This document shows positions 26,368-36,191 of a DNA stretch of 64,000 nucleotides, piece after piece. Below the pieces are notes generated by a model, which worked only from the letters and a program-made list of their open reading frames with translations, ran no database searches and was not told the origin of the DNA. The DNA lies in contig DATIBN010000033.1 in the NCBI GenBank assembly GCA_035457525.1, positions 1,061 to 65,060 on the forward strand, written 5' to 3'. This DNA is from Thermoanaerobaculia bacterium. GTDB lineage: Bacteria > Acidobacteriota > Thermoanaerobaculia > UBA5066 > Gp7-AA6. Made by a program: the position numbers and the translations under genes. Position 1 is the stretch's first letter; each line of letters opens with the position of its first letter.

Positions 26368-26499
26368 GACGGGGAACGGACCGCGATATCTCATGGGATC
26401 GCAACAAACTCAAAAAATGCAACAGGCTCAAATCGCTCATATGAAGCAAACTCCGAACGCGGGGTACGACCTCGACCGGACGAATTGGAGGAGTCGAAG

Positions 26500-28581
26500 A
26501 TGACGCTGTTCCGACGCACTCTCGCGATGGCGGTGACGGCGGGCGTGGTCTCGTTGACCGGCGCCGGCAAGCCGCCGAAGATAGTCGACCCCCGGTCCGT
26601 GATGGCTCCGGACCAGCTCTACCCGACGACCGCGGTCGAGCACTACTTGACCCAGGAGGTCTTCGACTACGTCCGACCCGGGTTCAACATCCGTGTCAAC
26701 AGCGTCACGATTCCGGAGGACCGGCGTCCGGTCGTGGATCTCAACTTTTATGACGACCTGAACCAGCCGCTCGATCGGCTCGGTCAGGTCACCCCCGGTG
26801 CGCTTTCGATCAGCCACATCCTCGCGTGGTGGGATCCCGTGAAGCGCCAGTACACCGCCTATACGACGCGGACCCAGACGAGCCCGATCACCGGAGTCTC
26901 CGCCGTCCAGGCGTCGTCCGACTCCGGCGGCGCGTTCACGGACATCGAGATCGGCCACGCGAGGTACCGGTTCCGCACGGCGCTGCCGGCGGACTTCGAC
27001 CGGACCAAGACCCACACGCTCGCCATCTACGCGACGCGCAACCTGAACGCGATCCTCGGCAAGAACTACTACGAGAACGTCGAGCACGACTTCCGCCCGG
27101 ACGCGGCCCCCGTCACCGAGACCTGGGCCGCCGTCACGAACGTCGAGCAAAGCTGCAACAAGTGCCACAACCCGCTTTCCGCGCACGGAGGCTCCCGGCA
27201 GGACGTGAAGCTCTGCGTGACCTGCCACCAGCCCCAGACGACGGATCCCGATACGGGGCAGACCGTGGATTTCAAGGTGATGATCCACAAGATCCACCGG
27301 GGCGAGGACCTGCCGAGCGTCCAGGCGGGCACGCCCTACGTCATCATCGGAAACCAGCAGTCCGTTCACGACTACTCCGAGGTCGTGTTCCCGCAGGACA
27401 TCCGCAACTGCACGACGTGCCACCAGGCGACCGCGCCCGAGGGACATATCTGGTACACGCGCCCGAGCCGCGCCGCCTGTTCCTCCTGCCACGACAACGT
27501 CGACTTCGCAACCGGTCAGAATCACCCCGCCGGCGCACAGGCCGACGACTCGGCCTGCGCGAGCTGCCACATCCCACAGGGCGACCGCGAGTTCGACGCG
27601 TCGATCAAGGGCGCGCACACGGTGCCGCTGAAGTCGGCGCAGTTGAAGGGGCTGACCGCGACCATCGTGTCGGTCGAGGATGCCGGACCCGGGTTGAAAC
27701 CGCGCGTGACCTTCCAGCTCAAGGAAGACGACGGAACCATCCTGAATCCGCAGCCTTTCGGCAGCAACCTGAACCTCCTCATGGGCGGCCCCACGAAGGA
27801 CTACGCGATCAATCCAATCCGGGAGCGCGCGGACAGCGCGTCCTTCAACGGTACGGTCGCGACCTACACGTTCAATCGGATGATCCCGGCCGACGCGACG
27901 GGCACGTGGGCGTTCTCGATCGAGGCGCGGCGCACGGTCGCTCTGAACCCGGGCACCACGGACCAGATGAACGTCACCGAGGGCGCGCTCAACCCGGTCG
28001 CCTATGCGGCCGTCACGGACTCGCAGCCGGTGCCACGGCGGATGACGGTCTCGATGGCCAAGTGCAACGAGTGCCACGACAGTCTCCGGCTTCACGGCGG
28101 CCAGCGGATCGAGATCCAGGAATGCGTGATGTGCCACAACCCGAACGCGAGCGACACCTCGCGGCGGCCGGCGGCGAACAATCCACCCGAGTCGATCGAC
28201 TTCAAGCGGATGATCCACCGGATCCACACGGGCGAGGAGCTCACGCAGGACTACACGGTGTACGGCTTCTTCACGCCGCCGAATCCGCCGAACCCGATCA
28301 ACTTCAACCACGTCCTGTTCCCGGGAGACCGGCGCGACTGCCAGTCGTGTCACGTCGCCGGCGAGTATCAGCTGCCGCTCGGCGAGGACAATCTGCCCAC
28401 ACAGACGTTGCGAGACTTCTACACGCCCCAGCAACCCACCGCGACCTCGTGCCTCGGGTGCCACGACACGCGGTCCGCGGCGGCGCACGCCTTCGTCAAC
28501 ACGGCGCCCTTCGGAGAGGCCTGCGCGTCCTGTCACGGTCCGAACGCCGAGTTCGCCGTCGACAAGGTCCATGCCCGCTAG
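26500..28581 (+). CDS. mtrC: decaheme outer-surface c-type cytochrome (MtrC/OmcA family-like)
   Basis: Signal peptide MTLFRRTLAMAVTAGVVSLTGA. Ten CxxCH motifs. GGAGG 6 nt upstream. Operon with MtrA- and MtrB-like genes. Confidence 0.75.
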   Translation: MTLFRRTLAMAVTAGVVSLTGAGKPPKIVDPRSVMAPDQLYPTTAVEHYLTQEVFDYVRPGFNIRVNSVTIPEDRRPVVDLNFYDDLNQPLDRLGQVTPGALSISHILAWWDPVKRQYTAYTTRTQTSPITGVSAVQASSDSGGAFTDIEIGHARYRFRTALPADFDRTKTHTLAIYATRNLNAILGKNYYENVEHDFRPDAAPVTETWAAVTNVEQSCNKCHNPLSAHGGSRQDVKLCVTCHQPQTTDPDTGQTVDFKVMIHKIHRGEDLPSVQAGTPYVIIGNQQSVHDYSEVVFPQDIRNCTTCHQATAPEGHIWYTRPSRAACSSCHDNVDFATGQNHPAGAQADDSACASCHIPQGDREFDASIKGAHTVPLKSAQLKGLTATIVSVEDAGPGLKPRVTFQLKEDDGTILNPQPFGSNLNLLMGGPTKDYAINPIRERADSASFNGTVATYTFNRMIPADATGTWAFSIEARRTVALNPGTTDQMNVTEGALNPVAYAAVTDSQPVPRRMTVSMAKCNECHDSLRLHGGQRIEIQECVMCHNPNASDTSRRPAANNPPESIDFKRMIHRIHTGEELTQDYTVYGFFTPPNPPNPINFNHVLFPGDRRDCQSCHVAGEYQLPLGEDNLPTQTLRDFYTPQQPTATSCLGCHDTRSAAAHAFVNTAPFGEACASCHGPNAEFAVDKVHAR

Positions 28582-29566
28582 CGGGGGGAAGGACACCGAT
28601 CTCCGCGCCCGCCCGTTTCGCCGGGCGCGGAGCCTGTCCGTCTCCCTCCTGGCGTTCGCGATCGCCGCGCTGACGCTCGCCGTCGCGACGGCTCAGAACG
28701 CTCCGCCCGCACCCACGCCGACACCCGCCTCCGCCGAGGCGGCGCCGGCGGAAGCCGCCGCGCTCTGCGGCGACTGCCACGACGACCAGGCCAAGGCCTT
28801 CGCGGCCAATCCGCACGCGCGAATGCCCGAGAAGCTCCGTCCCTTCGCGGGTTCTCCGAACTCCCTCTGCGAGAGCTGCCACGGCGACGGAAAAGCCCAC
28901 ATCGAGGCGGGAGGCGACAAGGCGCTGATCCGCGGCTTCCATGGCCGCGCCGACGCGGACACCTGTCTGACCTGCCACCTGCCGCGAGGAGACCATTCCG
29001 GACTGCGCGGCGGAATCCACACGAACTCGGAGGCCGTGCGCTGCACGACCTGCCACTCGGTTCACAGCCCGACGCCGAAGAGCCCGCACCTGCTGGCGAA
29101 GGCGCCGGTTCCGCTGTGCGCGTCGTGTCACGTCGTCCAGTCCGCGTCCCTCGCGACGAAGCCCTTCGCGCACCGGCTGGGTCGCGGCGGCCTCGACTGC
29201 ACCTCCTGTCACGACCCGCACGGCCGTCCCGGCAAGGAGAGCCTGAAGCAGACCCGCGACGGCGAGATGCCGTGCCTGAACTGCCACGCCGAGAAGCGCG
29301 GACCGTTCGTCTTCGAGCATCCACCCTCGGGTCTCGTCGGGGACTGCACGACGTGCCACCAGCCGCACGGCTCATCCAACCCGAAGCAACTCACGCGGGC
29401 GAACGTCTTCCAGCTCTGCCTGGAGTGCCACTCGACGCTCTCGGCCTCGACGCTCGGGTCGCAACCCCCCTCCTTCCACAACATCTCTCTGCCCCGGTAC
29501 CGCAACTGCACGACCTGTCACGTGGCCATCCACGGCTCGAATCTTTCGCCCGTCTTCTTCAAGTGA
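28571..29566 (+). CDS. mtrA: periplasmic decaheme c-type cytochrome (MtrA/DmsE/PioA family)
   Basis: 331 aa with ten CxxCH motifs (CGDCH, CESCH, CLTCH, CTTCH, CASCH, CTSCH, CLNCH, CTTCH, CLECH, CTTCH). Size and heme count match MtrA. Confidence 0.85.
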   Translation: MPASGGKDTDLRARPFRRARSLSVSLLAFAIAALTLAVATAQNAPPAPTPTPASAEAAPAEAAALCGDCHDDQAKAFAANPHARMPEKLRPFAGSPNSLCESCHGDGKAHIEAGGDKALIRGFHGRADADTCLTCHLPRGDHSGLRGGIHTNSEAVRCTTCHSVHSPTPKSPHLLAKAPVPLCASCHVVQSASLATKPFAHRLGRGGLDCTSCHDPHGRPGKESLKQTRDGEMPCLNCHAEKRGPFVFEHPPSGLVGDCTTCHQPHGSSNPKQLTRANVFQLCLECHSTLSASTLGSQPPSFHNISLPRYRNCTTCHVAIHGSNLSPVFFK

Positions 29567-29573
29567 GGGCGCG

Positions 29574-31520
29574 ATGAGACCCGAACGGATCGCGGTTTTC
29601 CTCCTCGGCGCCGTTCTGCTCCTGGTTCCGACCGGTGCGTCGGGCCAGGCGATCCCCCTCGACCTGGAAATCGGATACCGGTTCGTGGACGTCGACGGGA
29701 ACGACGACATGTACCGCAGCCAGATCAACGACCGCGAGGGGATCCTCCTGCGGTCGTTGACGTTCGCAACGGGAACGGTCGGCGGCTCGTTCGTCGACTC
29801 ACTGCGCGTGGATGCCTTCGACCTGGGCGCCGGGCCCGCCGGCCGGTTCCGCCTCGAGGCCGGGAAGACCGGCCTCTACCGTCTGCGCGTGGACTACCGT
29901 CGGATGGAGTTCTTCAGCGCGCTGCCGGCGTTCGCCAATCCGCTTCTCGACCGGGGCATCATCCCCGGCCAGCACACGTACGACCGGACGCGCCACCTGC
30001 TCGACGCGGAAATCGAGCTCCTGCCCTACGCGACCTTCTCGCCGATCGTCGGCTACTCGCTCAATCGGTACGAAGGTCCGGCCCGAACCACCTACGACGT
30101 CGGGGGCGACGAGTTCCGGCTCGCCTCGGATCTCGAGGACACGGAGCAGGAAGCGCGCATCGGCGTCGCGTTTCACACGGAGAACATCTCCGGCCGGATC
30201 GTGCAGGGGTGGCGGCAGTTCAAGGAAACCGAGAGGCTGACCCTCGCTCCGGGCGAGGGCGCCGGCAACAACGCCGGACCCGTGCTCGGCACGCCCGTGT
30301 CCATCACCGACTTCGAGCGGGATTCGCGCGTGAGGACGAACGTCCCGGTGACGACGGCGTTCCTGACCGGCCGGTTCGCCGGCCGCCTCCGGATCGCGGC
30401 GGGATACCTCCGCGCGAACAGCGAGACCCAGGCGTCGGAGACCGAGGACCTGACGGGCAACCTCGTCTCCTTCCAGATCAGCCGCTTCTTCCGCGGCCTC
30501 TCCGAGCCCATCTCTTCGCGCGCGCGTAACGAGCAGTGGCGCGGGCACGGCCGCGTCGAGTTCGAGATCGTCGACGGGATGGACATCTCCGCCGGCTACA
30601 CGCAGCGACACCGCGAGCTCGACGGCTTCGCGCTCATCTCCAGCCTCTTCCTCGACACCCTGACGTTCTCGGGACAGGACCCGCGCGACCTCCAGAGGTT
30701 GATCGAGGCGAACACCGCGCTCGAGAAGACCGAGAAGATCTTCGACGCGGCCTTCGACGCCCGGAGCCTCGGTCCGGTCGCCGTGCGCGTCGGATACGAG
30801 CAGACCGACCAGGACGTGCGGGTCACGCCCGATCCCGAAGAGATCGTCGTGCCCGGCGGCCAGGGCGGCGATTTCGACCGCCGGATCAAGTCCTGGACGG
30901 CCTCGGCGAATTTCCGCAGCGGCGGGATCACGCTCGGCGCCGACTACCGCAACGACCGCGCGGACGACGCCATCGTTCGGATCGACTACATCGAGCGCGA
31001 CCGCTATCGCGTGCGCGCCGGCTTTTCTCTGGGAGATCGCCTCCGGCTCTCCGCCAACGGCGAGCAGGTCGACGTTTCGAACGACGATCCCGGGATCGGG
31101 TTCGACGGTCGGATCCGGCAGTACGGCGGAGATCTCGAGGGCGTTCCCTGGAAGCCGCTCACGCTCCGCTTCTCCGCCAGCCGCTTCGAGGCGCGGAGCA
31201 CGATTCCGATCCGCCAGCCCCAGAATTTCTCGGTGATCGAGTCCCGGCATCGCGAGGACGGAACCTGGTTCGAGGGGGGCGCGGCGCTGGCATTCACCCG
31301 CTTCCGGCTCGAGGGGGCTCTGGGCCGGTTGGAGAACGAGGGGACCTTCCCCTTCACGATCGATCGGGCCCGGGCGCGCGCCGAGTTCGACTTCACCGCG
31401 CACCTGTCCGGCATCCTCGACTGGTATAACGACGAATACAGCGAATCGCCGCAGGACAACGGGAACCTGGGCGGCTTCGAGGCGAGCCGCTACGGGGTTT
31501 TTCTGCGGTTCCGCCTTTGA
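29574..31520 (+). CDS. mtrB: outer-membrane beta-barrel porin of the porin-cytochrome complex (MtrB/PioB-like)
   Basis: Signal peptide. 648 aa with alternating-hydrophobic beta-strand character, ending in an aromatic/hydrophobic C-terminus. Lies immediately after the mtrA-like gene. Confidence 0.7.
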   Translation: MRPERIAVFLLGAVLLLVPTGASGQAIPLDLEIGYRFVDVDGNDDMYRSQINDREGILLRSLTFATGTVGGSFVDSLRVDAFDLGAGPAGRFRLEAGKTGLYRLRVDYRRMEFFSALPAFANPLLDRGIIPGQHTYDRTRHLLDAEIELLPYATFSPIVGYSLNRYEGPARTTYDVGGDEFRLASDLEDTEQEARIGVAFHTENISGRIVQGWRQFKETERLTLAPGEGAGNNAGPVLGTPVSITDFERDSRVRTNVPVTTAFLTGRFAGRLRIAAGYLRANSETQASETEDLTGNLVSFQISRFFRGLSEPISSRARNEQWRGHGRVEFEIVDGMDISAGYTQRHRELDGFALISSLFLDTLTFSGQDPRDLQRLIEANTALEKTEKIFDAAFDARSLGPVAVRVGYEQTDQDVRVTPDPEEIVVPGGQGGDFDRRIKSWTASANFRSGGITLGADYRNDRADDAIVRIDYIERDRYRVRAGFSLGDRLRLSANGEQVDVSNDDPGIGFDGRIRQYGGDLEGVPWKPLTLRFSASRFEARSTIPIRQPQNFSVIESRHREDGTWFEGGAALAFTRFRLEGALGRLENEGTFPFTIDRARARAEFDFTAHLSGILDWYNDEYSESPQDNGNLGGFEASRYGVFLRFRL

Positions 31521-31558
31521 AAGGGTCACGAAAGGGGAGCGGTAACAGGGAGATGAAG

Positions 31559-31840
31559 ATGAAAAAGAGCGGGTCGAAGATCGGATTCATTGCACTGGCA
31601 TTTTTCTGGGCCGGCTGGATGGCTTTGACGTCCGTGTCGACCGCGACACTTCCGATCCAGAAGAAGGCGAAGGAAGCCGGGTATCCGGCGACCAACTGCC
31701 AGTACTGCCACGTCGAGAAGCTCCCGAAGAAGGGGGCCGTGTCGCACAACGAGCGTGGCAAATGGCTGATCGCCGAAAAGGCAAAGCGGAAAGCGGCCGA
31801 GGTGGATGCCGCCTGGCTGAAGGATTACCCGGGCAAGTAA
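31559..31840 (+). CDS. small secreted single-CxxCH protein, paralog 1 (putative monoheme cytochrome c)
   Basis: MKKSGSKIGFIALAFFWAGWMALTSVSTATLPIQKKAKE...NCQYCH...WLKDYPGK. Highly similar to the ORFs at 35408 and 38600. Confidence 0.6.
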   Translation: MKKSGSKIGFIALAFFWAGWMALTSVSTATLPIQKKAKEAGYPATNCQYCHVEKLPKKGAVSHNERGKWLIAEKAKRKAAEVDAAWLKDYPGK

Positions 31841-31851
31841 GAACCGGGGAT

Positions 31852-31885
31852 CGGCCGGCCGGCTGCGGCCGGCCGGTGTTCGTTT
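31852..31885 (+). terminator. hairpin (self-complementary CCGGCCGG pair) followed by a T-rich tract
   Basis: cggccggccggctgcggccggccggtgttcgtttt, directly after small paralog 1. Confidence 0.4.
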
Positions 31886-31913
31886 TCACGCCCGACGCGA
31901 GGGGGGCGCCCGC

Positions 31914-33866
31914 ATGAGGCTGGCTTCGGCGTCGATGGTCCTCTGTCTCTCGGCGCTGGCCGCGGTCGCGCAGGCCCAGAAGGCGCCGACGAACGAGGAC
32001 TGCCTGACGTGCCACGAGGACCCGGAGTCGAAGCGCGCCAACGGCACGCCGGTCTTCGTCGCGAAGGACCGATTCGCGTCCTCTCTGCACGGCGAGGCGG
32101 GCCTCGCCTGCATCGACTGTCACGCCGACCTGGCGAAGACCGCGGACTTTCCGCACCCCGAGAAGCTCGCGCCGGCGCAGTGCTCGAGCTGCCACGACGA
32201 GGCGGTGAGGGCCTACTCCGAGGGGGTCCACGCGCTCGCGCGCCAGAAGGCTCCGGGCAGCCGGGCAGCGACCTGTGTGAGCTGTCATGGTGATGCCCAC
32301 ACGATGGTCGGCAGCTCGAGCCCCGGGTCGCCGATCTCCCGCACCGCCCTGCCCAAGACCTGCGGCAAGTGCCACGGCGTGAAGTTCGTCATGGAGCCCT
32401 CCGGTTACGACGTCAGCCCGTTCTTCAACTACCAGGAGAGCGTGCACGGGCGCGCCGTCGCCAACGGCTCCCAGACGGCCGCGGTGTGCACCGACTGCCA
32501 CAACGCGCACGACGTGCGCAGCGGCAAGGACCCCAAGTCGACGATCTTCAAGTTCAACGTGCCGGCCACCTGCAACAAGTGCCATGCCGAGCAGTCCGCT
32601 CAATTCATCGAAAGCGTGCACGGCAAGGCTCTCGAACGCGGAAACTGGCAGGCGCCCGTCTGCACCGACTGCCATGGCATCCACCTGATCAAGGATCACG
32701 TCGACCCGGCATCCTCGGTCTCCTCGCAGGCGGTCGCCCAGACGACCTGCGCCCAGTGTCACGAGGGCGTTCGGCTGACCCAGGAGTTCGGTGTCGCGCC
32801 GCAGCGCGTCGCGTCCTACCGGGGGAGCTATCACGGCCTGGCGTCGAGGATCGGAGCGGACGTGGCGGCCAACTGCGCGAGCTGCCACGGCGTGCACAAC
32901 ATCCTCCCGTCCTCGGATCCGCGCTCGACGGTCTACAAGGCCAACCTGGAGAAGACCTGCGGAACGTGCCACCCGGGGGCCGGAGCGAACTTCGCCGCCG
33001 GCACGATCCACCTCGGAGTTCCCGAGTCTCAGGACATCGGGTCGAAGGCCACGCGCTGGGTGCGCGTCATCTACATCGTTCTGATCGCCGGCACCATCGG
33101 ATTCATGCTGCTCCACAACGGGCTCGCGTGGTGGCGGCACGCCGCCGCCAAGCGCCGGCGCAAGGACCGCGTGATCCTGCGCATGAACAGGGTCCAGCGG
33201 ATCCAGCACTTCATCCTGTTCGCGAGCTTCGTGCTCCTGGTCCTGTCGGGCTTCGCGCTCGCCTGGCCGGATTCCTGGCTGGCCTGGCTGCTTGGCTCGA
33301 ACGAAAGCCTCCGGCGCACGATCCACCGCGTGGCGGGCGCCGTGATGCTCCTCCTCGCTCTCTTCCACGTGGGCTACATGGTCGGGACGCGGGAGGGCCG
33401 CCAGGGAATCAAGGACTTCTGGTTCCGGCCGCGCGACCTGCGCGACCTCTTCGGGAACTTCCGTTATTTCCTGGGACTCACGGACCGCCGTCCCGGATTC
33501 GGCCACTTCACTTACGCCGAGAAAGTCGAGTACTGGGCGCTGATCTGGGGCACGGGCGTCATGGGCGTCACGGGACTGATGCTCTGGTTCAAGGTGCAGT
33601 TCGGCACTTGGATTCCCCGCTGGTGGCTCGACATCGCGACGGCGATCCACTTCTGGGAGGCGGTGCTCGCCACGCTCGCGATCGTGGTCTGGCACTTCTA
33701 TCAGGTCATCTTCGAGCCCGAGGTCTACCCGATGAACTGGGCGTGGTGGGACGGGCGGATGACGGAGGAGGAGTACGCCCACGAGCACGGAGAAGAGCAC
33801 GCGAAGCGGCTCCGCGAGCAGGAAGAGAAGAAGGGTGCTCCGCCTCCGAAGCCCTCGGAGTCGTAA
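31914..33866 (+). CDS. multiheme cytochrome c fused to dihaem cytochrome b (CbcL-like inner-membrane quinol oxidoreductase)
   Basis: Signal peptide. Eleven CxxCH motifs in the N-terminal periplasmic domain. C-terminal FdnI/HydC-like 4-5 TM dihaem cytochrome b domain. Confidence 0.8.
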   Translation: MRLASASMVLCLSALAAVAQAQKAPTNEDCLTCHEDPESKRANGTPVFVAKDRFASSLHGEAGLACIDCHADLAKTADFPHPEKLAPAQCSSCHDEAVRAYSEGVHALARQKAPGSRAATCVSCHGDAHTMVGSSSPGSPISRTALPKTCGKCHGVKFVMEPSGYDVSPFFNYQESVHGRAVANGSQTAAVCTDCHNAHDVRSGKDPKSTIFKFNVPATCNKCHAEQSAQFIESVHGKALERGNWQAPVCTDCHGIHLIKDHVDPASSVSSQAVAQTTCAQCHEGVRLTQEFGVAPQRVASYRGSYHGLASRIGADVAANCASCHGVHNILPSSDPRSTVYKANLEKTCGTCHPGAGANFAAGTIHLGVPESQDIGSKATRWVRVIYIVLIAGTIGFMLLHNGLAWWRHAAAKRRRKDRVILRMNRVQRIQHFILFASFVLLVLSGFALAWPDSWLAWLLGSNESLRRTIHRVAGAVMLLLALFHVGYMVGTREGRQGIKDFWFRPRDLRDLFGNFRYFLGLTDRRPGFGHFTYAEKVEYWALIWGTGVMGVTGLMLWFKVQFGTWIPRWWLDIATAIHFWEAVLATLAIVVWHFYQVIFEPEVYPMNWAWWDGRMTEEEYAHEHGEEHAKRLREQEEKKGAPPPKPSES

Positions 33867-33923
33867 ACTGGTCTCCCGATTCGCCGGAAAACGGTACGCC
33901 GCCCTGATTCAGGAGGGATAAGC

Positions 33924-35378
33924 ATGCCGAAGAAGGGGACCAGAACGTTCGGACAGTGGCTGCGGCCCGCTTTCTATCTCGGGCAGAATCCGATCAGCCT
34001 GACCGGCGCGATCCTGACGACGAGCGCCGGCCTGACTCTCGTGACGTTCTGGGCCTACGAGATCCTCAAGGGTGGGCCCGTTCATCCGTACACGGGCATC
34101 GTCTTCTTCCTCGTACTTCCCGGGATTTTCCTTCTCGGCCTCGTCCTGATGCCGCTCGGGGCGTTCCTCCAGCGCCGCAAACTGCGGAAGGAAGGCAAGC
34201 TCGCGCAGCCGTATCCGGCGATCGACCTTCGCCGGCCGATCCTCCGGCGCGCTCTCGTCCTCGTGATCTTCGCCAGCGCGTTGAACGCGACTCTCATGGG
34301 CATCGCGAGCTACAAGGGCGTCGAGCACATGGACTCCGTCGAGTTCTGCGGGCAGACCTGTCACGTCGTGATGGCGCCGGAGTTCACGGCGTACAAGGGG
34401 TCCCCGCACTCGCGGGTTCCCTGCGTGGACTGCCACATCGGGTCGGGCGCGCCGTGGTTCGTGAAGGCGAAAATCTCGGGAGTTCGCCAGGTGTTCGCCG
34501 TCGCCTTCGACACCTATTCGCGCCCGATCCCCTCGCCCGTCGAGGAGCTGCGCCCCGCGCGCGACACCTGCGAGCAGTGCCACTGGCCGCAGAAGTTCAC
34601 GGGCGACAAGCTCCTGGTGCGCAAGAAATTCACGGACGACGAGAAGAACACCCCCCTGACGACGGTGCTGCTGCTCAAGATCGGCGGCCGGCGCGGCGAC
34701 GGCGGCATCGGCATCCACGGCCGCCACCTCGACGAGGTCGAGCGGATTCAGTACGTCACGACGGACCGGCGTCGGCAGGTGATCCCGCAGGTGACCTACA
34801 CCGGAACCGACGGGCGGCAGATCGTGTACGCCTCCTCAGAGATCAAGGCGACGGCGGAACAGCTCAAGACCGGCGAGCGCCGCACGATGGACTGCATGGA
34901 TTGCCACAACCGTCCGTCGCACGCGTTCCAGATGCCGGAGCGGGCGGTCGACGAGGCGATGGCGACCAACCGCATCAGCCCGGAGCTGCCGTTCGCCAAG
35001 AAGAAGTCGGTGGAGCTGCTTCGCGCGGCGTATCCCGATCGTGGAACGGCCGCGCGAAAGATCCCGGCTTCCTTCGCCGAGTACTACCGGACGACGTATC
35101 CGCAGGAGTATCAGACCCACCGTGCGCTCGTGGAGTCGTCGGGCCAGCAGGTCGCGGAGATCTACCTGCGGAACGTCTTCCCGAACATGAAGATCACGTG
35201 GGGCACCTATCCGAACAACATCGGGCACGAGGACTTTCTCGGCTGCTTCCGCTGCCACGACGGCAACCACAAGAGCGCCGACGGAAAGCTGATCTCCGAC
35301 GACTGCGAAGCGTGCCACACGGTTCTCGCGCAGGAGGAATCGGATCCCAAGGTCCTCGCGGACCTGGGTCTCAAATAG
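33924..35378 (+). CDS. inner-membrane multiheme c-type cytochrome (ImcH/NapC-NirT-like, 7 heme motifs)
   Basis: Three N-terminal TM helices. One CX3CH (CGQTCH) and six CxxCH motifs. Confidence 0.7.
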   Translation: MPKKGTRTFGQWLRPAFYLGQNPISLTGAILTTSAGLTLVTFWAYEILKGGPVHPYTGIVFFLVLPGIFLLGLVLMPLGAFLQRRKLRKEGKLAQPYPAIDLRRPILRRALVLVIFASALNATLMGIASYKGVEHMDSVEFCGQTCHVVMAPEFTAYKGSPHSRVPCVDCHIGSGAPWFVKAKISGVRQVFAVAFDTYSRPIPSPVEELRPARDTCEQCHWPQKFTGDKLLVRKKFTDDEKNTPLTTVLLLKIGGRRGDGGIGIHGRHLDEVERIQYVTTDRRRQVIPQVTYTGTDGRQIVYASSEIKATAEQLKTGERRTMDCMDCHNRPSHAFQMPERAVDEAMATNRISPELPFAKKKSVELLRAAYPDRGTAARKIPASFAEYYRTTYPQEYQTHRALVESSGQQVAEIYLRNVFPNMKITWGTYPNNIGHEDFLGCFRCHDGNHKSADGKLISDDCEACHTVLAQEESDPKVLADLGLK

Positions 35379-35407
35379 ATGAGGCTGCTAGACTTCAAAC
35401 CGGACTG

Positions 35408-35707
35408 GAGGAACCAATGAACAGCGGAAAATCGCGCGTCGCCCTCGTTGCGCTCGTCCTCTTCTGGGTCGGCTGGATGGCGTTCACCTCGACATCGTCG
35501 GCGACCCTCCCCATGCAGAAGAAGGCGAAAGAGCTGGGCATCACCGGAGTGACGGACTGCCTGTCCTGCCATGGCGAGAAGATGCCCAAGAAGGGCGCCT
35601 CGACTCTGAACGACCGCGGCAAGTGGCTCGTGGCCGAGAAGGAGAAGAGGGGAGTGAAGGAAATCGACGTCGCCTGGCTGAAGGATTACCCGGGCGACAA
35701 GAAGTAG
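35408..35707 (+). CDS. small secreted single-CxxCH protein, paralog 2
   Basis: MNSGKSRVALVALVLFWVGWMAFTSTSSATLPMQKKAKE...DCLSCH...WLKDYPGDKK. Confidence 0.6.
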   Translation, partial: EEPMNSGKSRVALVALVLFWVGWMAFTSTSSATLPMQKKAKELGITGVTDCLSCHGEKMPKKGASTLNDRGKWLVAEKEKRGVKEIDVAWLKDYPGDKK

Positions 35708-35729
35708 CGCGCGCGGAAGGGTCGGCGAC

Positions 35730-36191
35730 GTGGAGGCGACGGCGAGGGAACCGGGCTCCGGCGGCGTGACGCGCCGGAGCTGGGCCTCCTGGCTCCTCGG
35801 GACGAGTCTCGGCGCGACGCTGTTTGCGTTCCTGTATCCGGTCTTGAACTACCTCGTCCCTCCGGCGTCGTCGGAGCCCTCGCTCTCCGAGTTCGAGCTC
35901 GACCTGAAGGCGGCGGACGTCCCGCCGTCCTCCGGCCGGATCGTTCCGGTCGGCGGGAAACCGGTGCTGCTCCTGAAAAACGCGGCCGGGGAGCTCTCGG
36001 CGCTGACCGCGACGTGCACGCACCTCGACTGCACGGTCCAATACCGCGCCGACCGCACCGACGTCTGGTGCGCGTGCCACAACGGAACCTACGACCTGAA
36101 GGGGCGGAACATCTCCGGACCCCCTCCCCGTCCGCTGACGCCGCTGGAGGTGTATGTCCGAGGCGAAAAGATCGTCGTCAAGCTCGCCTGA
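35730..36191 (+). CDS. Rieske iron-sulfur protein (cytochrome bc-type complex)
   Basis: Tat-like [17 protein letters not shown] ... CACHNG Rieske boxes. GTG start. Confidence 0.8.
   Translation: MEATAREPGSGGVTRRSWASWLLGTSLGATLFAFLYPVLNYLVPPASSEPSLSEFELDLKAADVPPSSGRIVPVGGKPVLLLKNAAGELSALTATCTHLDCTVQYRADRTDVWCACHNGTYDLKGRNISGPPPRPLTPLEVYVRGEKIVVKLA

Noticed and set aside
24208-26394. 728-aa minus-strand ORF as a single large protein
   Set aside because: Only the C-terminal ~370 aa, with its APH-like motifs, looks genuine. The N-terminal half is antisense to the well-supported UbiA-family gene (25402..26319).
26353-26499. N-terminal 49-codon extension of the MtrC-like ORF starting at the ATG inside the palindrome
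   Set aside because: The ATG is part of the recurrent CTGATG-N6-CATCA DNA motif. The extension is hydrophilic and precedes a GGAGG-linked ATG at 26500 that is directly followed by a signal peptide.
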